In this document: in pieces, positions 44,361-53,718 of the stretch
Position numbering within the stretch: the first letter of the stretch is position 1
Layout: each line of letters opens with the position of its first letter
Origin: an uncultured virus (IMG/VR IMGVR_UViG_3300028173_000008)
Lineage: Duplodnaviria; Heunggongvirae; Uroviricota; Caudoviricetes
Length of the DNA stretch: 64,000 nt
Virus record (IMG/VR): IMGVR_UViG_3300028173_000008
Reading direction: 5' to 3' (one strand)
Notes under the pieces: generated by a model
What the model was told of the DNA's origin: nothing
Seen by the model: only the letters and a program-made list of their open reading frames with translations
The model's database searches: none
Program-made: the position numbers and the translations under genes

Positions 44361-44459
44361 TTACCCCGTTACACCCTCCGGCGCACTCGTGGACAGATAC
44401 GACCAGCCGGTAAGGCTGACGTGCGTCCGCAAGCTGAAGGTTGTAAATAAGGTCTGCAT
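44361..44459 (-). CDS. 32-aa leader peptide (putative attenuator) MQTLFTTFSLRTHVSLTGWSYLSTSAPEGVTG
   Basis: AGGAG RBS, just after promoter, terminator ~22 nt after stop. Confidence 0.78.
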   Translation of the reverse strand: MQTLFTTFSLRTHVSLTGWSYLSTSAPEGVTG

Positions 44460-44483
44460 CTCGGTCTCTCCTGTTCGCCCCTG

Positions 44484-44512
44484 ACGCTAGAGGCCCTTTG
44501 GGCTCCTGTCAA
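44484..44512 (-). promoter_or_regulatory. sigma70-type promoter of - tRNA operon
   Basis: TTGACA-17-TAGCGT. Confidence 0.65.
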
Positions 44513-44554
44513 GGCTTTTCTCACGAAGATCCCCACAGGGGGGCTTCACGTCCG

Positions 44555-44582
44555 TCCACACAGAACAGGAAGGGCCTAAGCC
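44555..44582 (-). promoter_or_regulatory. phage promoter motif GGCTTAG-N14-GTGTGGA
   Basis: motif copy. Confidence 0.65.
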
Positions 44583-44634
44583 CCTTGCCGGTAGATTCGT
44601 TATGAGGCTACTCCAGTAGGACATGGAGGCCCGC

Positions 44635-45234
44635 ATGAGCAAGCACACGAACCGGGTAGCAGCCCGGTATATTAAGAGAGCCGCCAGCGAAGACCGCAAA
44701 CAGTTCGACATGGGCGTCAAGGCCATCGGGACATCGCTCCTGCGGATGAAGGACGTGGTCTTCCTCTGGACAGGGAGGGGAACACCCCCTCCGGGACACG
44801 GGGCAGAGGGCTACGAGTCCCTGGCTGACGTGTACGGCCCTGTGCAGCATGTCGTGAACAAGATCGAGGACCTTGAGAAAGCCTACATCAGCCTCAAGCG
44901 TGTTCGTGTGGCCTCCAAGCGGATGGACCCCAAGTTCAAGCGGGCCGTCATTCCGTTGTTCAAGCGGGCAGGCCTGGATGGCAACGGGCGGTTCAGGAAG
45001 CCCCAACACGGGTACTCCAAGGCGTTGGACATCCTCGCCAAGTTCGAGATCGAACTGGACGACGTCGTGTCGTCCCACCTGTTCAACGGGGACAGCGGGA
45101 CGATCCGGGCGGACCTGGCCTATTCGAACTCAGAGGACCCGTTCTCCCCTGAGTCGATTTCCAACTCGGTGCTGGTCATTTCGTTCACTAAGATGGCCAA
45201 GGACAGCTATGAGGTGCTGGCGTATCTGTCATGA
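44635..45234 (+). CDS. hypothetical (virion-type RVAARY motif)
   Basis: GGAGG RBS. Confidence 0.7.
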   Translation: MSKHTNRVAARYIKRAASEDRKQFDMGVKAIGTSLLRMKDVVFLWTGRGTPPPGHGAEGYESLADVYGPVQHVVNKIEDLEKAYISLKRVRVASKRMDPKFKRAVIPLFKRAGLDGNGRFRKPQHGYSKALDILAKFEIELDDVVSSHLFNGDSGTIRADLAYSNSEDPFSPESISNSVLVISFTKMAKDSYEVLAYLS

Positions 45235-45419
45235 AACGACTGGCCCCGAGGGTACTGGCCGCTATGAAGCAACACCCGGAGTTCAGAGAGTACAAGAAAG
45301 CCCTCATGGGTTGCTGTAGGGCACCGCAAGACAAGGTGATGCGCCGACGGCTGGTCGCCTTCAGTCTCCAGAATCCCAAGTTCCAGCCCATCATCACGGG
45401 GATCCTGGTCAATGCCTGA
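45231..45419 (+). CDS. hypothetical protein
   Basis: ATGA coupling. Confidence 0.55.
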   Translation: MKRLAPRVLAAMKQHPEFREYKKALMGCCRAPQDKVMRRRLVAFSLQNPKFQPIITGILVNA

Positions 45420-45585
45420 GCTTCACCTCTATGACTTCGACGGCACCCTGTTCCGGTCCCCAGAGGAACCGAAGTGGTGGAGCGACGTGTCGAAGAAGAA
45501 CTGGTGGACCTCCGCACCCTCCCTCGATGAGCCCTGTGTCCCCCGGCAGCCAAAGTTCAAGTACACGGGCAAGAACAAGCCCTAG
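45412..45585 (+). pseudogene. truncated HAD phosphatase (RNA-repair HAD-like)
   Basis: MPELHLYDFDGTLFRSP; only 57 aa. Confidence 0.6.
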
Positions 45586-45619
45586 CCCTCATGTCCCACG
45601 CTATCGGGTAGAATGAGGC

Positions 45620-47188
45620 ATGAAGAGCACGCCGAAACATATCAGGCACGGACTCACCGCCCGCAACCCCCTCCTCGAAGGAGCCCTCGCACTGGCCCGT
45701 GCGGTTGCCGTCACCTACGGTCCACATGGGCGTATCGCCTTGTTAGATAGATTCGCAGGGCTTCTCCCCACGAAAGATGGGGTCACAGTGGCGAGGGAGA
45801 TCCAGTTGGAAGGCCCGAGGGCTCTCGGGGCGGACATCCTTAAGTACTCCTGCATAGCCCTGAATGATAAGTGCGGGGACGGAACAACCACCGCCGCCAT
45901 CGTCAGCGCCGCCCTCCTTCGGGAAGGCCACAAGCGGATCGTGGCCGGGGTGGAACCGAGGACGGTTTGCAACGAGTTGCAAACCGCCTCCGAGAGAGCC
46001 ATCGAGGCCATCCGTGAGATGTCCGTCCGGGCCGACAACCAGAAGGACCTGGATCACGTAGCCCGCATCGCCAGCAACGGAGACGATGACGTGGCCCGGT
46101 GCCTCGCTGAAGGTGCCATGGCCGTCGGCAAGGACGGGACGATCTCCATCGAGGACGGCTATGGCACGGAGACCGTGTTGGAGTACAAGGACGGCTTCGA
46201 GTGTGACGCCCGCCTAGCCTCCCACCACTTCCAAGGCCCAGAGGGTGCCCTCAAGTTGGAAGGTGCCCTCGTGGCGGTGGTCAACCAGCCCATCCACCAG
46301 GTGACAGACGTGGTCTCCCTGTTGGAGGAAGCCTCCCAGTGGCCCAACAACCCGCTGCTGATCTTCGCCCCCTCGTTCAGCGGGATGGTCAACATGACCA
46401 TCGGCATGAACATCAAGGCGTCGAACGTCACGGCTTACCCGGTGCTGGCTCCGGGCGTCCACGTCCAGAAGGTCGAGTACCTGAAGGACATCGCCGCCAT
46501 GGCTGGGGCCGTGTTCATTGACCCGGAGGCGGGCCAGAGCGTTAGGAAGTGGCAGCCGGAGTGGTTCGGCTCCTTGCGCCGTGCGACCGTCGGCATGAAG
46601 TCCTCCCTGTTGGAAGGCTATGATGAGCCGGACAAGCAGGCAGCCCGTGACGCACGCATCCGGGAACTGGAGGGCTTGGAGCGCACTACCACCTCTGAGT
46701 TCGACCTGGACAGGATCAAGGAGCGCAAGGCCAAGCTCGCCGACGGCTTCGTGATCCTACGGGTGGGCGGCATCACCGAGTCCGCTATGAAGGAACGCCG
46801 TGCCCGTGTGGAAGACGCCTTTGGAGCCGTCAGGGCGGCCCTCAGAGAGGGCCTGGTTCCCGGTGGCGGCACAGTGTACCTCCGGGCCGCCGAAGCGCTC
46901 ACAGGGGAAGCACGGGGCACAGGGGGCGACATTCTCCGCAAAGCCCTCCAGGCCCCCGCACTGATGTTAGCTGGTAACGCGGGCCTCGACCCTCACGCTG
47001 TCCTGCACCAGATCGCTGAACACGATTCTCCGTGGGGCGGACTAGACGCCCGCACCGGACAAGTAAGGGACCTGTCACAGGACCCCAAGATAGTAGACCC
47101 CACAGCAGTAGCGGTTGAGGTGGTACGTGCCGCCGTGTCCGTTGCTGTAACTCTGCTGACGGTCGAGTGCTCCGTTGGCAAGGCTTAG
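45620..47188 (+). CDS. groL: chaperonin GroEL
   Basis: TYGPHGR, TKDGVTVAREI, GDGTTTA, RVEDA, GLVPGGG, IVDP. Confidence 0.95.
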   Translation: MKSTPKHIRHGLTARNPLLEGALALARAVAVTYGPHGRIALLDRFAGLLPTKDGVTVAREIQLEGPRALGADILKYSCIALNDKCGDGTTTAAIVSAALLREGHKRIVAGVEPRTVCNELQTASERAIEAIREMSVRADNQKDLDHVARIASNGDDDVARCLAEGAMAVGKDGTISIEDGYGTETVLEYKDGFECDARLASHHFQGPEGALKLEGALVAVVNQPIHQVTDVVSLLEEASQWPNNPLLIFAPSFSGMVNMTIGMNIKASNVTAYPVLAPGVHVQKVEYLKDIAAMAGAVFIDPEAGQSVRKWQPEWFGSLRRATVGMKSSLLEGYDEPDKQAARDARIRELEGLERTTTSEFDLDRIKERKAKLADGFVILRVGGITESAMKERRARVEDAFGAVRAALREGLVPGGGTVYLRAAEALTGEARGTGGDILRKALQAPALMLAGNAGLDPHAVLHQIAEHDSPWGGLDARTGQVRDLSQDPKIVDPTAVAVEVVRAAVSVAVTLLTVECSVGKA

Positions 47189-47373
47189 CCCAGTGTTTTC
47201 ACGGGTTGAAGAAGTAGGAGGTGGGAAATGGAAGCACTTGGTTTGACACTCGGAGCCCTTGTCATATTCGGCAAGGCTATCGGCCTGTTCCTGCTCATCT
47301 TCCTCCCCTGTTGGGTGCTGGCACGCCTCGGGAAGGGTTACAAGAGGTGGGAGCGCCGACAGAGGGAGAGCGA

Positions 47374-47814
47374 ATGGTCGATCAAGCTGATCCCGGACTG
47401 ACACCGCCCGCAGAACTGAAGCTCAAGGGCACGAACAACGAACACAAAACCATCGTGGTTGAGGTACGGATCTGCCAGAACCCGAACGGGATGATCTACT
47501 CCTCCCACAACCTACAGGACGCCGGGGACGAACGGGTGTCGAAGGGCATGCTGGGGCATGGCACACAGGCCATCGCTTACGGACTGCTGATCGAAGCCCT
47601 GCGCCGTGAGGCGTACCTGTCCACGCTGGCACAGTTGACCGGGGACAAGGATTTCCTCACCAAGTACAAGGATGGGGACGAGAAAACCCGTGAGGCGTTG
47701 GAGCGCAAGGTGGCCGAAACCCTCCGTCATGTCGTCAACTCCATCATCGAGAAGAACGGCACGGACATGTCGAAGGAAGTCCTGCACATGGCCCTGAAAC
47801 AGATCGGTCGCTAG
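47374..47814 (+). CDS. hypothetical protein
   Basis: GGAG RBS. Confidence 0.65.
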   Translation: MVDQADPGLTPPAELKLKGTNNEHKTIVVEVRICQNPNGMIYSSHNLQDAGDERVSKGMLGHGTQAIAYGLLIEALRREAYLSTLAQLTGDKDFLTKYKDGDEKTREALERKVAETLRHVVNSIIEKNGTDMSKEVLHMALKQIGR

Positions 47815-47862
47815 GTGCTCGCCCGTCAAGTTTCGGGTATCCTATGCAGGAGAGGTGATGTG

Positions 47863-48111
47863 ATGACCAAGTCGAGTGCTGCACTGGCGATCAAACGCCC
47901 GGTCCTGTTCAGGAAGTTCCGGGGCCTCAACGATGAGGATCCGCCTGACGTAGAGACCCCCACAGACCCGCAGGAGGCCATGGAGTTGGGCTACAAGCTC
48001 GGACTCAAGCGTGGGTGGGGCGAGGGACTAGCGGACGGCGTGGACGTTGGGTTGGATGTTGGCGTCGAGGTAGCAGCGGAAGCCGCAGAAGAACCCTTCG
48101 ACGTCAATTAG
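47863..48111 (+). CDS. hypothetical protein
   Basis: GAGG RBS. Confidence 0.55.
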   Translation: MTKSSAALAIKRPVLFRKFRGLNDEDPPDVETPTDPQEAMELGYKLGLKRGWGEGLADGVDVGLDVGVEVAAEAAEEPFDVN

Positions 48112-48374
48112 CCTTTCCTCAACCGTACTCCCCCCTTCAAACGAATAACCAACGACGACGGCACGACGACTCCGTCTTCCGGTCGGCCCATCGGCGGGAC
48201 AACTACTCGAGACTTCGTGCGGTGTGTTCGGAACACGCCCAAGGGGGTTCGGACGGAATCATCCTCTTCCAAGGACAGGAGTGCGTCTGGCAGGCAGAAC
48301 ATGACTGCCCGTACCTGTTCAGCGGGGACACCCGAAAACCGGGCGATCTTCTGTATCAAAAAATCGTATCTCAT
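48108..48374 (-). CDS. HU/IHF-like DNA-binding protein
   Basis: LIQKIA..SG....V.AV, V.TPLGVF, R....P. Confidence 0.65.
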   Translation of the reverse strand: MRYDFLIQKIARFSGVPAEQVRAVMFCLPDALLSLEEDDSVRTPLGVFRTHRTKSRVVVPPMGRPEDGVVVPSSLVIRLKGGVRLRKG

Positions 48375-48485
48375 CTGCACCCTTCCGTAGAGCCCGAGGG
48401 ACTCTCCTACCATACCCTTGGGTTCAATGATCGTCCTATGACGAGGCATAGGTAGAGCGCTCTACGGGACTCTCTGGAGGTCACT

Positions 48486-48935
48486 ATGCCCCAAGGCAAA
48501 CTGTTCAAGATGGCGAGTACGCTCGACGACGCCGTTCTTCGGACTGCCGCACAGGACGAAGATGCACGACGTTTCCTGCTTGCTCTCCACCGGCAGGCCA
48601 AGGGCTGGGACAAGCTCCCGAAGGGCTGGACGCAGGAGAGCGTCAAGAAGTTCTGGTCGTCCCTGACCGGGGACGTGAAGCACAAGGTTACGAAGTGCAT
48701 CAAGGAGATGGACGGGAAGTTCGACGACCCTGGTGCCTTCTGCGCTTCCCTGGCCGACATGGTGACCCCCGGCTGGCGCACCAAGAAGACCGCCTTCAAC
48801 AAGTACAACGCCCCCGAGGTGCTGGCCCAACTGTTCAAGGCCCTTTCCGCCGCCGGGTTGGATGACGCTGTGGCGAACCTCCGGCAACGGAAGGTCCCGC
48901 AGATCGTGGACAAGGCATGGAGGGATCGAGGGTGA
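48486..48935 (+). CDS. hypothetical virion-type protein
   Basis: GGAGG RBS; KMAS/RTAA/KTA motifs. Confidence 0.7.
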   Translation: MPQGKLFKMASTLDDAVLRTAAQDEDARRFLLALHRQAKGWDKLPKGWTQESVKKFWSSLTGDVKHKVTKCIKEMDGKFDDPGAFCASLADMVTPGWRTKKTAFNKYNAPEVLAQLFKALSAAGLDDAVANLRQRKVPQIVDKAWRDRG

Positions 48936-49855
48936 ACAAGCAAGCCGCAGCAGCCGTAGACCCCGTCCGCCAGCGGACTCAGTACACCTGCACTAAAGGG
49001 ATCAACTGGGACGATGCCCCTTTGGGCAAATTGTCTGATGGTGATGTGGCTCGCATGTATAAGGTCGCCCGTCCTGTGGTCTGTAATGCCCGCAATCGAA
49101 GAGGCATCCCGCCCTTCACGTCACGGTATGTAAATGTGGTGTGGGATGATGTTCCTCTTGGTGGTTTTCCAGATGCTGTGCTGGCAAAGGAGCTTGGAGT
49201 GTCCGAGCCCACGGTTTCACGGCATCGTAACCAGAAAGGCATATGCCCCTTCCAGTCAAGGTTCATCACCACTGAGGGGGAGGCTGCACAAAGCTACCCA
49301 GAAGCCCTCATCGATCTTTTTTGGCATGAACAGGACATTGCACATCAATTCCAAGTCCCAATCGGCCCCTACGTGGCTGATTGGGTGGTGGGAAACACCG
49401 TAGTTGAGTACGCAGGGTTCATCGAAAGCCGAACTTTTGGGGACAGGTACCGGGAGAGGCTCGCTGTCAAGGTCTCCTTCTACAAGTCGCAGGGGTGGCA
49501 TGTGCAGGTCATCTACCCCAATGACCTGGAATCTTTCAAGCCCAAAGGTTCGCCTGAAATGACACGGGACATCATCTCAGGAGGTGTTAATTGGTCAGGA
49601 CAACCTCTCGGGAAAATGACGGACATGGATCTTGCATCTCGTCTGGGTGTCGGACAGACGACGGTGTCCCGATGGAGAAACATCTTTGGGATTGCCCCCT
49701 ACAAGAAAAAGAAGCGGGACTGGACTCATGAGCCTCTCGGAAAGATGCCCGACCCGGCACTTGCAGCTCGTTTAGGGGTGAGCAAAGAAACTGTCCGACG
49801 TGCTCGTGTCATGTTCGGGATCCCGTCTTACAGGAGTGTCTGTCATGCAGCGTGA
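48932..49855 (+). CDS. Vsr/DUF559-like endonuclease with repeated HTH modules
   Basis: 4x PLG...D..(L)A HTH-like repeats; PE..FQVPIGPYVADW..VVEYAG; lower GC. Confidence 0.75.
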   Translation: MNKQAAAAVDPVRQRTQYTCTKGINWDDAPLGKLSDGDVARMYKVARPVVCNARNRRGIPPFTSRYVNVVWDDVPLGGFPDAVLAKELGVSEPTVSRHRNQKGICPFQSRFITTEGEAAQSYPEALIDLFWHEQDIAHQFQVPIGPYVADWVVGNTVVEYAGFIESRTFGDRYRERLAVKVSFYKSQGWHVQVIYPNDLESFKPKGSPEMTRDIISGGVNWSGQPLGKMTDMDLASRLGVGQTTVSRWRNIFGIAPYKKKKRDWTHEPLGKMPDPALAARLGVSKETVRRARVMFGIPSYRSVCHAA

Positions 49856-51443
49856 GGCCAAAGCAAACGTGACCCCTGTAAGGCAACGCACTCAATTTTC
49901 GTGCATGAGTTGCTCCATGATGATGTGCCTCAAGGCCAACGGGGTCGACACGAACGAGGACGAGGTGAACCGGGTCATGGGTGCCAAGCCCATGCAGGGT
50001 GCCGCCTGGGAGGAAGCCCTGGCCGCGGCCCAGCACTACGGCATGCGGGCTACCCTCACCGTTCCAGCTACCGTCCAGCAGTTGAAGAAGTGGACTGACC
50101 GGGGCGTCCCCGTGATGATCGCTTGGAACCCCGAAGGCCGGGACTGGTCCCACGCCTCTGTGGTGTTCGACGTGGACGAGGACCTCAACGTCTACGTGGC
50201 CGACCCCAACATCCCGGACCCCGATGAGACCGTCCGCATCGTTCCCAAGGCCGAGTTCTACGGCAAGTGGTACGAGAAGTGGCCGAACTACCTCGTGCGT
50301 CGGCCCGCGATGGCCGTCGAGCGTGAGGTGTCCCCCGAGGGTCGCCAGATGGTCGCCAGCAAGGTGCCCGCCGACGCTGAGCCCGTGAAGGGCACCAAGT
50401 TCTTCGTCTCGAAGAAGCCCTCGAAGAGCCCCTACCGTGGCCAGCCTGAGCAGTTCAAAATCTTCAACGAGCACGGCGGCGTGGTCGGGGGATATCCCGA
50501 CCGGGGTGAAGCCATCGCCAAGGCCAAGAAGATGAAGACGGCCAAGACCCTCATGCAGGTCAAAGTGAAAAACAAGGCCCCTCGTGACCCCGGCGCTGCA
50601 CGCCACGGGAAGCCGGGCGGAGCCGCAGGCGCTCACCACAACCGCGACCGCGACGTGTCCAAAGGGCGGAGCCGCAAGCCCAAGCACAAGAAGCCGATGG
50701 TGGAGCGTGAGGCGTCCCTGTTGGAGAAGCTGGCCCGGATCGACGAGAAGGACATGAACCGGGCCGCCCAACTCCTCCAGTACATGACTGAGAAGGAAGC
50801 GATGAAGCACCTCGTGAAGCAGGGGATGCATCGTCAAAACGCTTTCTTGGCGCTTAAGGCGGGCAAGATCCTCAACAAGGACCATAAGGGGCGCCTCGCC
50901 GCTTCCAAAGAGGCAGGCTACAAGGGGAACCCAGATGGCAAGGACATCTACCCAAACGAGATCGAACACGGGTACGGTGAGCCCATCGCTGGAGGAACTG
51001 ACGTGATGCGACAACTACAGAACAAGCTCATCCATGAACAGGGTGATGCAGTACCACAGCGGCCCGAGAGCCCCCGGATGGCCAGTCAGCTTTCCCTCTC
51101 CTCTGGTAAACCAGACCCCAAGATGACGGCTGCATTGAAGCAACGAGCCGAAAGGAAATTGCTCCGTTCCCGTAGCAAAGGTGATTTTGAGGGGGCATTG
51201 ATGTCGGCTGGTTTCCACGCGAGGAAACACAGCACGACCGCCTTCGTCTATGCAGGCAACAGCTACGGGGCCGGTGTGTGGCGTGTCTCTTTCAAGGCAG
51301 GGGAATACCTGAACCCCATCAACAACACAGGGGTCCGGGTACTGTCAGTGACCCCAGACCTCGACGTGACGGTCTTCCAAATCAAACAACGCCCCAGGAT
51401 GGCCGCCCGTGTGGCCCACCTGTACCTCAAGAGGAGCCAGTAA
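49845..51443 (+). CDS. C39-like cysteine peptidase domain + basic modules
   Basis: Q..QFSC, PVMIAW, HASVV, YVADPN. Confidence 0.75.
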   Translation: MQREAKANVTPVRQRTQFSCMSCSMMMCLKANGVDTNEDEVNRVMGAKPMQGAAWEEALAAAQHYGMRATLTVPATVQQLKKWTDRGVPVMIAWNPEGRDWSHASVVFDVDEDLNVYVADPNIPDPDETVRIVPKAEFYGKWYEKWPNYLVRRPAMAVEREVSPEGRQMVASKVPADAEPVKGTKFFVSKKPSKSPYRGQPEQFKIFNEHGGVVGGYPDRGEAIAKAKKMKTAKTLMQVKVKNKAPRDPGAARHGKPGGAAGAHHNRDRDVSKGRSRKPKHKKPMVEREASLLEKLARIDEKDMNRAAQLLQYMTEKEAMKHLVKQGMHRQNAFLALKAGKILNKDHKGRLAASKEAGYKGNPDGKDIYPNEIEHGYGEPIAGGTDVMRQLQNKLIHEQGDAVPQRPESPRMASQLSLSSGKPDPKMTAALKQRAERKLLRSRSKGDFEGALMSAGFHARKHSTTAFVYAGNSYGAGVWRVSFKAGEYLNPINNTGVRVLSVTPDLDVTVFQIKQRPRMAARVAHLYLKRSQ

Positions 51444-53710
51444 TGGCCGTCAAGCCCCTCACATGGTCCGTAAGCTGGCGGGAGATCGCCGAACGCATCC
51501 TGCTCACCTACGACCTGACCCCCACAGGGAACGGATTGTACCGGGTGAACCTTGATGGCCATTGTTACGGGTCAGCCACCAAAGACAAGGCGGTGGCATG
51601 GGCGCTGGCCGATTTCACGAAGAAGTTGGAGACGGTGATGAAGTCCGTCGCCAAGTCTGCAAGGAGTGATCAGATGAAGAACGCGATGCAGGAACTCCGG
51701 GATCTCGCCGCCAGGTTCACTGAGGGCGAGTCTGTAGACGTGGCCAAGTACCTCCGTGACCACGGCAACCCCGAGGCCGCCGACAAGTGGGAAGCCATGA
51801 ACGAAGAGTACGGCGACCTGCTCAAGAAGGCCGCTAAGAAGCCCCGCCCGGAAGAATACGGCATCGACCCCAGGAAGCATTACGTCTGGGCTGTGGATGA
51901 GGGCGATGCATATGGCCCCTTCAACCCGAAGGATGCCCGGACATTTTTGGACAAGGTCCAGTCGCTGGGGTACAGCGTCCTGATCAAGACCGGCAAGGAA
52001 CTCTTCGACTCCCTGGTGTTCCACAACCGCCTCGACCAAACGACGATCTACCCTCTCCGGGAAGCCCTGAAGAAGTACCGCATCAGGCTCGCTACCGCCT
52101 CTCTAGAGAAGATGGCCTCCTCGATGGAAGAGGGTAAGCTCTACCACTCCACGAAGGTGTCCAGTGACATCGAGGGGTCGTGGTTCTACGCCATCGAGCG
52201 GATGAAGAACGGCAAAATGAAAGGCGTCGTTGTCCACCAAGATGCGGGCCGCAAAGTACCCAACAAGGCGAAGAGCTACATCATCGACAGCCAGTGGGCG
52301 AGCACCGCATGGAAAGAGACCGCCTCCTCCAAGGTCCCTTCCAATGTCATATCCAAGCTCAAGGGTTCGGGCAAGATGGCCTCCGACGTCACCGTCATGT
52401 TAGCGGAGAAGGACGGCAAGCATGTGATGCACAACCTTGCGATGGAAACCCTGGGGAAAATGGCTGCTCTGCTCACAGCCGCCAAGAACACCGAGGGTGA
52501 GTACTGGGGCCGCCGTGCGAAGGACAGTAAGCACGTCAAGATGAAGCCCGCAGAGGCCAAGAAGGTCATCAAGCAGAAGAAAGGGGACGGGAAAGACTGG
52601 CTCGCCGTTTGGTTGGTGCCTCCCGAGTACGTAGACGCCAAGGAGCAGGATTACCGTATCAAGCAGGGTTGGATCAATCCTGTCTGGGAATGGAACCTCG
52701 GTCCTCAGAAGGGTGGGGTCAAGGGACGCACAGCAGCAGCGTCCAACCCACTTCGATGGTCCGTAGACTGGCAAGAGATCGTTGACCGCATCATGGACAC
52801 GTATCCCATTCATCTCACAGGACCGCGTTCCTACGCTGTAGAGAGCCCGTTTGGGTCCGGTGTTCATACACCAGACCTGAATGGAGCTAAGATGTGGGCC
52901 GTAGAAGACTTCGTGAAGCACCTGATGCAAGTGGCCAAGCGAACTCGTGTCAAGCTGGGTAGCACGGCGATGAAGGAACTGGAGAGGATGGCCGACTGGA
53001 AGCCCGGTGAGGTCGACCCTGAAGGTTCGTGGACCGAAGGCGAAGTGTTCACCGACGAAGAGGAGCCCAAACCCGAAGGTTCTATGATCCCCGGTCTGGA
53101 AGAGCGCATGGCCGCCCTGGTCAAGACAGCAGCGGCCCCGTCTGGCCTTTACGGCTACACCAAGCGGGTTCAGGCCGACTGTGAGTCCGCAACCCGCAAG
53201 ATCGCCAAGCGTGCCCTCCTCATCGCCAAGAACGCCTACCGCAAGGATGAGAGGGTGGCGCAGTTCCTGGCCATGCACGCCAAGCGGGCCAAAAGCTCCT
53301 CCGCCCGCATCATCCTGACCGCCCTCAAGGAAATGGCCCCCAAGGTCGCCTCCTACAACGACGACGAAGCCTCGTGGCCCCACATCGCAACGGACAGCCG
53401 GGACGTGATCCTTCAGGCCAAGCGGGCCGGGGTGAGGTCCTACGGGCTGTACGGGTTCCCCACGAAGACTGCCAGCCTCGGCCTGTCCGCCTGCACGCAA
53501 CTCCGTGAGGCCGCAGGGCACGTAGCCTCCGACATGCACGTCCGCCGTGCGGCCAAGCACGCCCTCTACACGGGCTTCCTCAAGCAGCACAGCAAGGAGG
53601 CCAAGTGTCATTACGCACGGCTCCTCCACGCCAGCTACCCGGAGGCCAACACGAAGGTCGCCGCAACCGCACCTTCGACCGTGGCCGGTTGGCTGTCCCA
53701 CGACGAGTAG
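51443..53710 (+). CDS. modular virion-type protein with internal repeats
   Basis: PLTWSVSWREI/PLRWSVDWQEI and GLYGY/GLYGF duplications. Confidence 0.75.
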   Translation: MAVKPLTWSVSWREIAERILLTYDLTPTGNGLYRVNLDGHCYGSATKDKAVAWALADFTKKLETVMKSVAKSARSDQMKNAMQELRDLAARFTEGESVDVAKYLRDHGNPEAADKWEAMNEEYGDLLKKAAKKPRPEEYGIDPRKHYVWAVDEGDAYGPFNPKDARTFLDKVQSLGYSVLIKTGKELFDSLVFHNRLDQTTIYPLREALKKYRIRLATASLEKMASSMEEGKLYHSTKVSSDIEGSWFYAIERMKNGKMKGVVVHQDAGRKVPNKAKSYIIDSQWASTAWKETASSKVPSNVISKLKGSGKMASDVTVMLAEKDGKHVMHNLAMETLGKMAALLTAAKNTEGEYWGRRAKDSKHVKMKPAEAKKVIKQKKGDGKDWLAVWLVPPEYVDAKEQDYRIKQGWINPVWEWNLGPQKGGVKGRTAAASNPLRWSVDWQEIVDRIMDTYPIHLTGPRSYAVESPFGSGVHTPDLNGAKMWAVEDFVKHLMQVAKRTRVKLGSTAMKELERMADWKPGEVDPEGSWTEGEVFTDEEEPKPEGSMIPGLEERMAALVKTAAAPSGLYGYTKRVQADCESATRKIAKRALLIAKNAYRKDERVAQFLAMHAKRAKSSSARIILTALKEMAPKVASYNDDEASWPHIATDSRDVILQAKRAGVRSYGLYGFPTKTASLGLSACTQLREAAGHVASDMHVRRAAKHALYTGFLKQHSKEAKCHYARLLHASYPEANTKVAATAPSTVAGWLSHDE

Positions 53711-53718
53711 GAGGTGCC

